A stretch of DNA of 64,000 nt from Ostrea edulis (GCF_947568905.1 NC_079164.1:29698001-29762000), one strand, 5' to 3'; shown: positions 26,701-37,369, counted from the first letter of the stretch. Translations and numbers: made by a program. Notes: generated from the letters alone by a model not told the origin.

Positions 26701-27005
26701 CATCTTCTTTAAAAGACGTTTCTAAATTAATGAAGCAGATTATGCTAGATCAGTGAGTCAACCAATATGGTGCCACTAGAATAAGTTTCACAAACCATTT
26801 TCAACAGAGAACAAGGCTTCTCACCCCACAGGTCACACAACGAACAAACTTGACACTGAAAAAAATTCTAAACTCACAACAGCCATAACAAGGAAAGTGA
26901 TTTGGTTCATACGCTTGGTAAATATTGTAAACGCCGTCACGCGATACTGACCTCCTTTCTGTACGGAGCTTCTAGCATTGCCTCAACATCAAAATCGTCT
27001 GCCAT
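11575..27005 (-). CDS. RBM39: RNA-binding protein 39 (CAPER), 11 coding exons, 537 aa
   Basis: join complement 27005-26952, 25681-25641, 23853-23785, 20641-20417, 17693-17576, 17385-17095, 16990-16925, 14460-14256, 13150-12949, 12338-12154, 11732-11575; all GT-AG with consistent phases; MADDFDVEAMLEAPY start, RS domain, RRM1, RRM2, UHM; AATAAA at 11097-11092. Confidence 0.96.
12154..12338 (-). CDS. RBM39: RBM39 exon (UHM domain)
   Basis: WDQEIRDDVIEECNKHGG...GNVYVKC...LHGRYFG. Confidence 0.95.
12949..13150 (-). CDS. RBM39: RBM39 exon (linker and UHM start)
   Basis: TGFQIP...IATQCFMLSNMFDP. Confidence 0.93.
13278..14187 (-). mobile_element. HINE with Cg170-type array filling most of an RBM39 intron
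   Basis: Reverse complement of the 8479-9407 family, both termini present. Confidence 0.85.
14256..14460 (-). CDS. RBM39: RBM39 exon (RRM2 end)
   Basis: FHDSEDAKKALEQLNGFELAGRPMKVGHV...RLQLMAKLAE. Confidence 0.95.
14976..15324. mobile_element. Kolobok-type MITE
   Basis: 22-bp TIR AGGCATATTGTCACTCATTTTG with TTAA on both sides. Confidence 0.85.
15350..16857 (-). mobile_element. HINE with degenerate 150-170 bp tandem repeats, interrupted by a second HINE
   Basis: Repeats of cctgtaattttctcaaaaa...tccttgccac; CCCGTCTAAAGACGGGCATATAAA terminal palindrome. Confidence 0.55.
16043..16655 (-). mobile_element. Nested HINE with three 138-bp tandem repeats
   Basis: Units start at 16149, 16287, 16425, (16563); CCCCACAACTTGTTGTGGGG palindrome plus GGGGTATAATAA end. 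Confidence 0.75.
16925..16990 (-). CDS. RBM39: RBM39 exon (RRM2 RNP1), missed by the ORF track
   Basis: IDDIKLIRDHETNRSQGYGFIS, 66 nt, tag|...|gtaagt. Confidence 0.92.
17095..17385 (-). CDS. RBM39: RBM39 exon (RRM1 end, RRM2 start)
   Basis: VRDVRLI...VPLAIGL...GPMRLYVGSLHFNITEEMLRGIFEPFGK. Confidence 0.96.
17576..17693 (-). CDS. RBM39: RBM39 exon (RRM1 start)
   Basis: LTPEERDARTVFCMQLSARIRPRDLEEFFSSVGK. Confidence 0.96.
18204..20030. mobile_element. CAG-terminal non-autonomous DNA transposon
   Basis: TIR CAGTCTTCACGAAAAC; CAGTGCT (7 bp) duplicated at both flanks. Confidence 0.75.
18746..19709. mobile_element. PIF/Harbinger-like non-autonomous element nested in 18204-20030
   Basis: TIR GGGCT(A/G)TTCCAGAAAT; TAA TSD. 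Confidence 0.8.
20417..20641 (-). CDS. RBM39: RBM39 exon (RS domain)
   Basis: RSRSRDRHRDRD...RSKSRE...SKSPMRYLR, cag|...|gtatgt. Confidence 0.92.
22656..22877 (+). mobile_element. SINE with Deu/Nin-like conserved domain, 3' end cut by a MITE
   Basis: GTCGTAAGAGGCGACTAAATGGGGCGGTCTTTCGGATGAGACC core; 5 copies in the window. Confidence 0.75.
22878..23332. mobile_element. hAT-like MITE
   Basis: TIR TAGGGGTGCAACGAT / ATCGTTTCACCCCTA; imperfect 8-bp TSD ctccatat/ctcaattt. Confidence 0.7.
23785..23853 (-). CDS. RBM39: RBM39 exon (RD/RS repeats)
   Basis: KKRSRSRDRDRDKDKDRDRDRR, tag|...|gtgagt. Confidence 0.9.
25641..25681 (-). CDS. RBM39: RBM39 second coding exon
   Basis: DDGRGDADRDREKR, cag|...|gtaaga. 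Confidence 0.88.
26203..26278 (-). other. RBM39: Candidate RBM39 poison (NMD) cassette exon
   Basis: Polypyrimidine tract plus CATAG acceptor, in-frame GWHSNRGLLPANGRQKRN then TGA (26224-26222), weak GTACTA donor at 26202 (donor uncertain). Confidence 0.6.
26952..27005 (-). CDS. RBM39: RBM39 first coding exon
   Basis: MADDFDVEAMLEAPYRKE, acceptor at 27012-27013, donor gtcagt. Confidence 0.96.
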
Positions 27006-27110
27006 CTTCACCTGCTGTAATAAAAGTAACTCACTATGACAACACATTACAACTTAGTCCAAATCAGAACATATCATTAACAACATGCACGCTGGCTATT
27101 ATGCGTTCTG

Positions 27111-27283
27111 GGCTGCGTTCAAGATCGTAGCGGCTACGTAGGTCTCGGTAGTGCTATGATCTTGAACGATGTGCTAGGCTAGCCCTACATAGGGATAACA
27201 AGCGTTAATTCATACAGTGCGTTCAATATACCTAGATATCTAGCCTAGCAGCTAGGCTAGCCGCTACGATCTTGAACGTAGCC
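27111..27283. mobile_element. Harbinger-like MITE upstream of the RBM39 ATG exon
   Basis: 26-bp TIR GGCTGCGTTCAAGATCGTAGCGGCTA; CTG 3-bp TSD. Confidence 0.8.
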
Positions 27284-27829
27284 CTGTATTCGTTATTTTT
27301 ACAGGGGTCATTATAAATGATGGCTCCAAATGCTTCATCAGACATTTTCTATAGCATTAACAGTTTCTTTAAAAAAATTCTTGCCTTTATTCCGTTATCT
27401 AAACAGTTTGCCCAATAGTACAAAATGTATATTTATATTCTATGCGCCCTTCTCGGGATCTTTCTTTCTTCCACTCAAAACAATATGGCGAAGCAACGCT
27501 GGGGTGTCGTCGAACGAAATCAGGGAGTTCCGGTTTGAAAAGTCACAACTAAGTTGTACTTATAGAATTCGTGCAGTTCTGTAGAGCGAGACGACCCAGA
27601 CTTCCTCCTGGAATCCTCGCTTCCCACAAGGACTGGAAGACTTGCTTAAGGGCAATACTTTCTCCTTTCCGTCTAAGAGGTCGGTTAAAAAGAGGTCGGT
27701 TAAGTCGGTTAAAAAGCTCTACAGAGCTTGTGTTTGACATGTTGAATGTATATAGTGCCGACTTTAAATAAAATTTACTTTACTTTAGAGGTCTTTCTCT
27801 ATATATAGAGAGACAACCCCATATATGTG

Positions 27830-28092
27830 GATTGATTGAATATTGTTTTACGTCCCTCTCGAGAATATTTCACTCATATGGAGACGTCACCAATGCCGGT
27901 GAAGGGCTGCAAAATTTAGGCCTATGCTCGGCGCTTATGGCCATTGAGCAGGGAGGGATCTCTATCGTGTCACACCTGCTGTGACACAGGACCTCGGTTT
28001 TTGCGGTCTCATCCGAAGGACCACCCCATTTAGTCGCTTCTTACGACAAGCTAGGGGTACTGGGGACCTATTCTAACCCGGATCCCCACGGG
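27830..28092 (-). mobile_element. SINE (Deu/Nin-like), full unit
   Basis: Same family; (CAAT)n tail; accccata(ta)tgtgg flanking duplication. Confidence 0.8.
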
Positions 28093-28651
28093 ACACCCCA
28101 TATGTGGAAGGCTAACATAAAGTTCTGAGCGGCATGTACATCATCTTCGTAAGTGAGAGGTTATTGATTCGTTACCTCGCACTAACCCTTGACATCAGTC
28201 ACCATTCAGAACATAAGTTCGGGACAGAGGATGACGCAATAAGCTAAAATTAAATCATCCAATAAGATTCATCAATCTATTTCAATTTTAAATAAGTTGT
28301 TCAATTTGTTGAAACACAATCGACAAACACACTTAGGCAATCCATCGTTTTCATGCGGCTAACATTCTAAAACTTTCTTTAACAAGAATAGATACGGGTT
28401 ACCCCATATCCAAGATATTCGACTTTTAATTTACTTGAATTTTCACTATGCTCAGCTGATCTCTAAGAAAAGACTGCACTTGTTATGAAACTGGTGTATA
28501 GTCCTTCATGTCCGTAGCAAATGCCGTCACCAGTCTTTTGTCACTAGCAAACAGTGCACACACCGGTGCTTGCAAGACATATGAAAAAATGGATAGATGG
28601 CACAAATATGGTGCAAAGATATTTATGCATTTTTGTCGAATGATAAAGAAG

Positions 28652-29258
28652 TGTAACGTGTTTGGGTCCGTAAATTTGGATAGATCAAGACAATGATAGA
28701 TAAATGATTGTATATATAGAAAAATGGCAATCAGTAATAATTACGAAAAATGATGTGAATAAGAACGAGTCAATATATACATATAAGTCTTAGGATTATC
28801 TATCCCTAATATAAGAGCAAACAAATCTAATTAGGCATATGGTCTGTGTCCGGGCAGGTATGTATCCTCGGGACAGGTATGTATCCTATACAAGTATGGG
28901 TCTCGGATGTATCCCCAGATCTGTCCTATACCCAGACAGAACTTAAGTACAATTATATCGAAATATAACAAACAGTTTTAATTCACTGTATAACACCCTA
29001 AAACCAGTATACTAGCCACCGTATACTAAAAATAACCAGGGTTGAATTTATTCTCGCCTTACCGCTTCTGCTGCGATCTTACTCCTTTGAGCTCCGACAA
29101 TGAACTGGCGAAATATCGCTCATCACCGCCTTATATACTGATGTGCACTCGAACTACCCTCGGACGCTTTCGTAATGCACAGCAATAAAGCCCGGTTTAC
29201 GTAATAGCTAGATACATCCCGAGCCCGACTTTTCCGAGCCCGACCGTTAATCATCACA
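28652..29258 (-). repeat. Gypsy-1 3' LTR
   Basis: Near-identical to 35258-35867; purine-rich tract GAGGAATAGAGGCGTGGG immediately internal. Confidence 0.95.
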
Positions 29259-29503
29259 TTACCCACGCCTCTATTCCTCATGCGTAATAACGATAAAGGG
29301 CTAATGATAAAACGATAAAGGGCTAATGATAAATGATTTAATGAGAAGAAATCATGAGATATGGAAACAATGAAGAAATGATGAACATATCTTTAACAAA
29401 TGAAATTGTCAATTCAAGTTATGAAAACTTTTGATATACATACATATCTTAATGATAAAGAAGTTAAGGTCAACATTATAATCAAAGACTATCTGTCTGA
29501 ACA

Positions 29504-30163
29504 TTACCGCATTAAGCTTCCAACATTCAATCTTACTACATATAAAACTCCTCTCTCTACAATGTTCTCGACACTTCTGCCATTCTCATGGTACTTGGTA
29601 ATGGTAACCTCTTTAACTCGCTTTCGGTAGCCAGCTGTCTGGGTACTTTTATCCACTGTACTTCCGACACCAGCATCAGTCTGTGTCGCAACTGCCACGC
29701 CACCCTGGGCAGGATACACTGCGGTTCTACAGACCACTTTTCTAGGAGCTTGAACAGGACTAGGAGAAGTTCGTTTTCTGTACGTACGTCCAGTCAACAG
29801 GTCAATTGTATCAGCCTTATCTGCTGGGGGTTCTTTTTCCTTGGACGTCTCCTCCAATTGAACCTCAGGATCTTCATCCCAGTCACTCCCACTGTCACTA
29901 TCATCCTGCGGTGAACAACTGGGTCCTGGAATCTCTTTCTCTGTCTCTTTGGACCTATCGATCTCCACATGCTTCAACCTCATGTGTTTTGCTAGATATT
30001 CTTTCTTCTTAAAGGACACATGACATCTTTCGCACACTAACATGCTGCTGGCGCACTTTACTACATGGGCTGTCCAGGCATCCTTCCCTTCCACTTCCAT
30101 AAAGCACACTGGACAAATCTCCTTCAGTTTCTTGGGGGTCACCTTTGTGTTCACCATTGTCAT
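29504..30163 (-). CDS. Gypsy-1 accessory ORF, 219 aa: C2HC plus C2H2 zinc fingers, acidic tract, TQT motifs
   Basis: tttttcag|A ATG at 30163; CPVC-x12-H-x3-C, CERC-x12-H-x4-H; VATQT, DKSTQT; fully open. Confidence 0.85.
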   Translation of the reverse strand: MTMVNTKVTPKKLKEICPVCFMEVEGKDAWTAHVVKCASSMLVCERCHVSFKKKEYLAKHMRLKHVEIDRSKETEKEIPGPSCSPQDDSDSGSDWDEDPEVQLEETSKEKEPPADKADTIDLLTGRTYRKRTSPSPVQAPRKVVCRTAVYPAQGGVAVATQTDAGVGSTVDKSTQTAGYRKRVKEVTITKYHENGRSVENIVERGVLYVVRLNVGSLMR

Positions 30164-30312
30164 TCTGAAAAATATGTAAAACACAACAACCTTATACAAA
30201 TGATTTCAGCCTTCTTGATAAAAACAAACAATAGCAGGACTACTGGTCCTATCATAGCATAGAAAGCTCTGGGATATAGAATTTATACATATATACAACA
30301 GAAATTCAGGTT

Positions 30313-33300
30313 CTAGTCCTGAACATAATCATGTAGCCAAGTAGGAGTACGCCTTTCGCGTTGTGGTCGGTTCTCAGCAACCAACTCGTCTGTAACTTCA
30401 ACATTTTTGTTGGAGGATCTAAAGTCATCATCCTGTTCTTCGATATCTATATCAATATTTGGAGAGTCACTGAACCCTTGCTCGGTACCCTCGCCTCTGA
30501 GAACTTGAGCCTTACAGTCTTTCATCCTGTCGCAATGAACTACTTGTTCCTTTCCGTTGCGTCCACAGTTGACCTTGTATAGGACTTCGGATACTTTTGC
30601 CAGGACCTGGAATGGTCCTCGCCAATACGATGTCAACTTGGGAGAGCAACCGGTTTTCCTTTGGGGGAAATATACATACACCGAGTCCCCAGCAATGAAT
30701 TGCTCATAGGACATCTTCATGTCGTGATAATGCTTTTGCCGAAGAATTGCTCCCTCTGAATGTCGTCTAACCAAGTGGTGGACCCGTTCCATCCGATCGA
30801 GCAGAATCCAGACCCAGTCATGCTTTGGGACTTGTTTCCAGGATGAAGGCATATCATATATAATATCCAACGGGGTGGTAGATTCCCTACCCAACATAAG
30901 CATGTTTGGGGTGAATCCCGTTGATTCATGCTGCGATGCTCTGTATGCCATAATTACAAAGGGTATGCTTTCATCCCAATCCCGATGATTATCATCGACA
31001 TAATTACTTAGCATTGTAGGTAAGGTCTTGTTGAACCGTTCTACCATACCATCAGACTGAGGATGGTATGGTGTGGTTCTTGTTTTTCGGATTTGCAAAT
31101 GTTTGCATACCTCCTGGAATAAAAGACTCTCATACTGGCGGCCTTGGTCGGAATGTATGGAGACAGGGACTCCAAACCTACAGATTACTTCCTCTACAAT
31201 TAGTCTTGCTACAGTTTGAGCCTCCATGTTAGGCATTGGGAAGGCCTCTGTCCATTTGGTGAAGTAATCCGACACTACCAGTATGTAGCGATTCCCTTTA
31301 TCTGTGACTGGGAATTCCCCAAGGATATCTGTCGCTATCCTCTCCATTGGGTAACCAACTTGTAAAGGTTGCATTGGACCTCTCTTTGTCTTAAGTGGAG
31401 CTTTCCTTCGTGCACATTGGTCCCATCCAGCAACATAACTCCTAACATCACTTTGCAGACCCGGCCAGTAATAATTCTGCCGAATCTTGTTCAATGTCTT
31501 GGTCACTCCTAGATGACCAGATGTCTTTGAATCGTGCATCTGCTGCAAGATAAATCTTCGCTGTGAGAGCGGCATAACAATTTGATATGCCGTATTGTTG
31601 CTCCCCTCAACTTCCCACATGCGACACAGCAATTCATCCTTCAGCGCCAATCTACTCCACAGTGACTTGACCATGTAACTTTCAGCAGTAACTTCAGTGT
31701 ACTCTGGACGCTTCCCATCCTCCATCCAATCCTTTACAAGTCTTATATCCCGACTTTCATCCTGCATTTCTACTAGACTGCTTGATTCAGCAGTACCCAC
31801 GTCTTTAACCTCCTGGTTCAATGTTCTTGTATAGTCCTCATGCACATCTGGTTTCTCCCAGTCGTCAAAATATCCACATTGTGTGCAGGGAATTCTACTT
31901 AGCCCATCTGCATTTCCATGCAGTCGCCCAGCTCGATGCTCGATTTCCATATCATATGCCGAAATCACCTCAAGCCATCGAGCTAACTGCCCTTCAGGGT
32001 CCTTAAACTTAAGCAACCACCGAAGGGAACTGTGATCCGTCCTCACAAGAAACTGGCGTCCATACAAGAAATGCCTGAAATGTTTTATAAATGTAACTAC
32101 TGCAAAGAGTTCCTTCCTTGTCACGCAGTATCTTCTCTGAGACTTGCTGAGAACCTTACTGGCATACGCTACTACCCTCTCCTGTCCATTTTGAACCTGT
32201 GAAAGTGTTGCGCCGATCGCATTTTGGCTCGCATCTGTATCAAGGATAAATGGTTTGCTGAAATCGGGATGCGTGAGGATAGGTGCTGATGTTAGTTTTG
32301 CTTTCAACGCATCAAAAGCTATCTGGCATTCATTTGTCCATTTGAAAACAACCGATGCTTCAGTCAATCGATGTAATGGACGAGCTATATCGGCAAAGTT
32401 TGCTATGAATTTCCTATAATAGCTGCAGAGGCCAATGAAGGACCTTACTTGCGTCTTGTTCACTGACTCTGACCACTTTTTAACGGCTTCAACCTTCTCC
32501 ACATCCGTCTCGACCCCCTTTTCAGATATAACATGCCCCAGGTATTTGACGTGTTTTGCAAACAGCGTGCATTTCCTGGCCTTCAGCTTCAAACCAGCTT
32601 CTCTTAACTTTTCGAAGACCAATTCTAGGCTTTGTAACATTTCTTCATAGGTTTTCCCATACACAATAACATCATCTAAATAGATGAGGTATACTTGCCA
32701 CTGTAAACCTGACAACACCGTCTCCATAAGACGTTCGAATGTTGCCGGGGCATTGCAGAGCCCGAATGGCATTACAATGAACTCATACAAACCTTGCCGG
32801 GTCACGAATGCTGTCTTAGGCTTGTCTTTTGGGTCTAGCTCAACCTGCCAGTATCCAGCGTTAAGGTCGAGGGTACTGAACCACTTTGCACCATTCAACT
32901 GATTGAGTGATTCATCGATACGAGGTAGGGGATAGGCGTCTTTGGTAGTGACACTATTTAACAGCCTATAGTCTACACCTTTTGGATCCGTCCTTCTTTT
33001 TTACCAAGACGATTGCTGATGACCAGGCACTCTGAGAAGGTTCAATAATACCTCTTTTCAACATGTCAGACACATGTTCTTCGACTTCTTTTTGCATATG
33101 AAATGGAAGGCGCCTTGGTGCCTGTTTGATAGCTTGTTGAGTCCCGGTATCGATCTTGTGTTGAACTATTGAGGTTCGACCAACATCCTCATCAGTCACA
33201 GAAAACAGATCTGAATACCTGATAAGTAAATCTCTGGCCATGTCTTTTTCGTGACATCCGAGATTCTTAGTGCTACTATCAAACAGCTCCTGTATATGCT

Positions 33301-35095
33301 TTGGCATTTCCTGCGTATTATTTGCAGCTTTCTTCGTACATAACACAGCTACCATCTCACTGATTGGGGACAACTTACCAACCACAGTTCCTGGCTGAAA
33401 AGTCTTGTTAGAAGATGACAGATTCATCAGGCGGAGTGGTACTCTTTCTTGGCGTCGTATCAAATACCTAGCCAACATAGCAGAATCTGATTGTAAGAAC
33501 TTTTCAGATGGCTCCACCAGTCCAATTTTCACAGGGAACCCCCCATCCGGCCCTGCACAGATCTTGCCCTCAGCCATTACTTCAGACCTGGGGGGGGGGG
33601 GTATGACAACCCTGTTGACTAGTGCAATCTTGTACTCATGTGCGGTGCCTTCCAACTGAATAGGGTGTTCTATCCCAGATATGGCAACTTTGTGTGTACG
33701 TATGTTTATAATGGCCTCATGCTTGACGAGGAAATCTAAACCAAGAATTCCGTCCACAAATATATCAGCCACGATCATTTCTTGTTGAAGAGTTTTCCCA
33801 TTCAGCACAAGGCTGATCGATGTTTTACCATATATCCCTACAGAGGACCCATTGGCGGACAGTACATTTCTGTCAACCTATTCAATGAGCACATGTCTTT
33901 TCCGTGTATGTTCCCATAGCATACCTTTGATAGCAAGGAAACAGTGGCACCTGTATCAATGAGTAAGTACGCATCCATCTCATTTATTTTGGCTGTCACA
34001 TAAACTCCTGACTCCTTGATAGAATGGATGGTCCTCGAGTGTTCCTCTCCTATTTTGGGTTCGTTACCTTGAGCCCGATCACTTGGCTTATGTCCAGTTG
34101 TATTCATTTTCTTCTGTTTATAACCTGACTGATGGGTGGGGTTAAATTCGGGACAATCTCTTTTTAAGTGTTTGTCAGATCCGCACCTGTAACACTTTCG
34201 TACACTGCTTGCATAATTATTCCTACTTTCATCTTTGGCCTGCCTTGCATCGCGTCCCTTTGTTTGCATTTGAAACTTCCATTGTTTCATGTCCTTCATT
34301 TCCCTTTGGAGATATCCCATATTTTTCTCCATCGTCTCTATGAATTTATCAATCTTTGAACCGTGATCAGACTCTTGATCTACGCGTCTCACACTTTCAG
34401 TGCGACGGCTCTCGGCTCTGTAAAATGCTTCAAGTTCAACGGCTCTCTATAGCGTCGTTTAGACTGTGAGGTCTGGCCTGTTTTACCTTCAGACGCATCT
34501 CCGCGTTATGCAGTCCATCTAGAAACTGTTCTGTGGCAAGGATCTCACGAACATCGTCCGGAGCCGTAGGATAGGCTAGATTCACAAGCCTCCTTATCTC
34601 TTGGCCCATCTCCGGTAAACTCTCTGAAGGTCTCTGTCTCCTTTCTCTAAGCTGAGTCCTATATAGCTCTGTCTGGTTTAAGGAAGCAAACCTATCCTGC
34701 AAAGCCTTGACCAGTTTTGCGTAGTTTTGTCTCTCATCCCTTGGCTGATTACCCAGCACACCTTGAGCTAGCCCTCTAAGAGATGAAGCTAGATATAACC
34801 CCTTCTCTGTCTCGGTCCATTCGTTTAGCAGGCACACAGACTCAAAATGAGATAGATAGTCGTTCCACATGCCTGAACCGTCATAAGTAGCAGGTTTAAT
34901 AAAGTTCCTTGGCTTTGATCTCGCCTGATTTTGGTTTGCATCTATCCTTGTGCTGTGTGCAGGGTTCTGTCCTCCGTTTACATCCTCGTGATTCAGGCTA
35001 ACATCACCAAGAGCCCTATCCGGTCTACCTGTAAACGGTGTACTCGTCCTTGTTATTTGTCTTGGCCTTGAGCTGCCAGAGATACTTTCCTGCAT
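30313..35095 (-). pseudogene. Gypsy-1 gag-pol, broken by at least three frameshifts (about 34440, 33840, 32970)
   Basis: KPATYDG gag, CYRCGSDKHLKRDC knuckle, LIDTGA protease, YLDD RT, FILDTDAS RNase H, HHCC (one Cys to Trp) and DDE integrase. Confidence 0.93.
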
Positions 35096-35232
35096 ACCTA
35101 AAAGTCGCAAAGATTAATCTATCTCCCTACTGAGATTTTCTATTTCTCGATCTATGTATGATATGTCAGCCCGTAGACCAGACATTGTGATAGAAACAAA
35201 TTTATTATAACCCTATCAAAACGACCTAACCC

Positions 35233-35252
35233 AAATTCCGCAGCTGCCACCA
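35233..35252 (-). other. Gypsy-1 primer binding site, tRNA-Leu-like
   Basis: TGGTGGCAGCTGCGGAATTT 5 nt downstream of the 5' LTR. Confidence 0.7.
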
Positions 35253-35257
35253 ATTTA

Positions 35258-35867
35258 TGTTCCGTGTTTGGGTCCGTAAATTTGGAAAGATCAAGACAAT
35301 GATAGATAAATGATTGTATATAGAGAAAAATGGCAATCAGCAATAATTACAAAAAATGATGATGTAAATAAGAACGAGTCAATATATACATATAAGTCTT
35401 AGGATTATCTATCCCTAATATAAGAGCAAACAAATCTAATTAGGCATATGGTTTGTGTCTGGGCAGGTATGTATCCTCGGGACAGGTATGTATCCTATAC
35501 AAGTATGGGTCTCGGATGTATCCCCAAATCTGTCCTATACCCAGACAGAACTTAAGTACAATTATATCGAAATATAACAAACAGTTTTAATTCACTGTAT
35601 AACACCCTAAAACCAGTATACTAACCACCGTATACTAAAAATAACCAGGGTTGAATTTATTCTCGCCTTACCGCTTCTGCTGCGATCTTACTCCTTTGAG
35701 CTCCGACAATGAACTGGCGAAATATCGCTCATCACCGTCTTATATACTGATGTGCACTCGAACTACCCTCGGACGCTTTCGTAATGCACAGCAATAAAGC
35801 CCGGTTTACGTAATAGCTAGATACATCCCTAGCCCGACTTTTCCGAGCCCGACCGTTAATCATCACA
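35258..35867 (-). repeat. Gypsy-1 5' LTR
   Basis: TATATAAG at 35746-35739, G|GTAAGG at 35671, AATAAA at 35661-35656. Confidence 0.95.
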
Positions 35868-37095
35868 GAAGGAAATCAAGGGGATTAGCAAATTTATTAA
35901 AATACAGCAGAAAGGTATAGCTTTAAAAATACTACATGAGAATGCGTATACCTATTAATACAACTTATTGGGGCACATACTTTGTGCAGGCTTAATTATT
36001 GCTAAAAATGATCATTTTTATCACAAAATTTCCCTATCAAACCAGTCTTATTTCATCATTCTTCCCAAATTTTTCCTTTTATATCTGTATGGAAATTTTA
36101 AAGCAAAGACGTACATGAAAAAATTGAAATCTCTCGGAATAAATACAATTGTACTCTAATTTTTACCATGTAACAAATTAATGTGAACTTTAGAATAGCC
36201 AAAAACAAGAACGATTGATGTAATCTACACTTTCTCCAAATTTTGTGTATGGTATATCCTTAACAGCAAAGAAACCCTTAAAAAAATAAATAGACTTGTA
36301 TATGTCACATTGAATACATTGCAAATATCTTCAGACTGGTGACCTTCACCTTTTAATTGTGGTCCTAATCCAGGTGTTGAGTGTTGTATACGCATTCCGT
36401 CATTAAACAACGGGAAAACCCCACATAAATTAATGATTAACATTCTCTCTCAGAAGAAATTGTATGATAATTAACGAACAATATTCATCAAAGTAATATA
36501 ATTGTTGCAATAGTATAATCAATCGTGAAAAAATTTTCAATCGAAGAATGACCTATATTTCGTGAAAAGACTGAGGAGGCAGCTAGCGTAGGAATATGAA
36601 CACTTCTTATATATATTTTTGGGGGAAACGTGATTTTTCTTAAAAACATTTGACTTTAATTTTGTTTTCTCTCACGTATTACATACACATCGATATTCTA
36701 TACATTTGTTGTAATCGAACTATATTTTTTCATAGCAATTGTGTGAAGAGTACCTGAATCCAGTAATATATCTTGAATAGATAGTATGCACTGATCGAAT
36801 ATATTAAAAAATAAATTTCCGAAAATCAATCGACGGTCACAAATTCTACACCATGTTGCTGATGCGGCGCCATGTGTGTTTAGTTTCGTTTTCGACTGAT
36901 TATAAAAGCCGGTGTCTGATTGGCTCCACGATACAGGCTGCAAACCAAACATATATATGCTCCATCTTGAGCCCATGTTTTGAATGGTGACTGATGTCAA
37001 GGGTTAGTGCAAAGTAACGAATCAATAACCCTTGACTTGTGAAGATGCATGTACATGGAAGTTTTGTTTTGTTTTAAAATTGTCAAGTAGGCAAG

Positions 37096-37165
37096 CATTC
37101 TCTCACCAGAGGGCGCGTTACGCAAGCTTCACTTACGTAGTGCACGGAACTCTGGGTAGAGAATG
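37096..37165. mobile_element. 70-bp MITE, same 9-bp-TSD family
   Basis: CATTCTCTCACCAGAG / CTCTGGGTAGAGAATG; flanks gtaggcaag / agaggcaag. Confidence 0.75.
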
Positions 37166-37369
37166 AGAGGCAAGTACAGTCAATGGACAAAAGTATTCGG
37201 CATTTTCCTTGGCGTTCCATCAAATTGTGATACAATCCTCGGCTATTTTTAACTCGCGCTAAATTTAGAATGTACAAAAATGAATGAAACTTTCTACCAA
37301 GAAACTAGAGAAATTGCGTCACGAATTTGTGACATTATTCTGTCACCTGCAAGTTCGTAAACACTGAGT

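Larger units (their letters stand above)
28652..35867 (-). mobile_element. Gypsy-1: full-length Ty3/Gypsy LTR retrotransposon with accessory ORF
   Basis: LTRs 28652-29258 and 35258-35867 (TG...CA, few mismatches), GAAG TSD, PBS, PPT, gag-PR-RT-RH-IN order. Confidence 0.96.
28132..37058. mobile_element. Putative decayed DNA element with about 90-bp inverted ends and ZAD-like zinc-module remnants, interrupted by Gypsy-1
   Basis: About 28132-28223 is an inverted copy of about 36965-37058; minus-strand DGLPKCVCRLCFNKL (28343-28300) and WCRIC...CVCNT* (36854-36675); no TSD found. Confidence 0.4.

Noticed and set aside
29588-34359. Plus-strand ORFs within Gypsy-1
   Set aside because: Antisense shadows of gag-pol and the accessory ORF.
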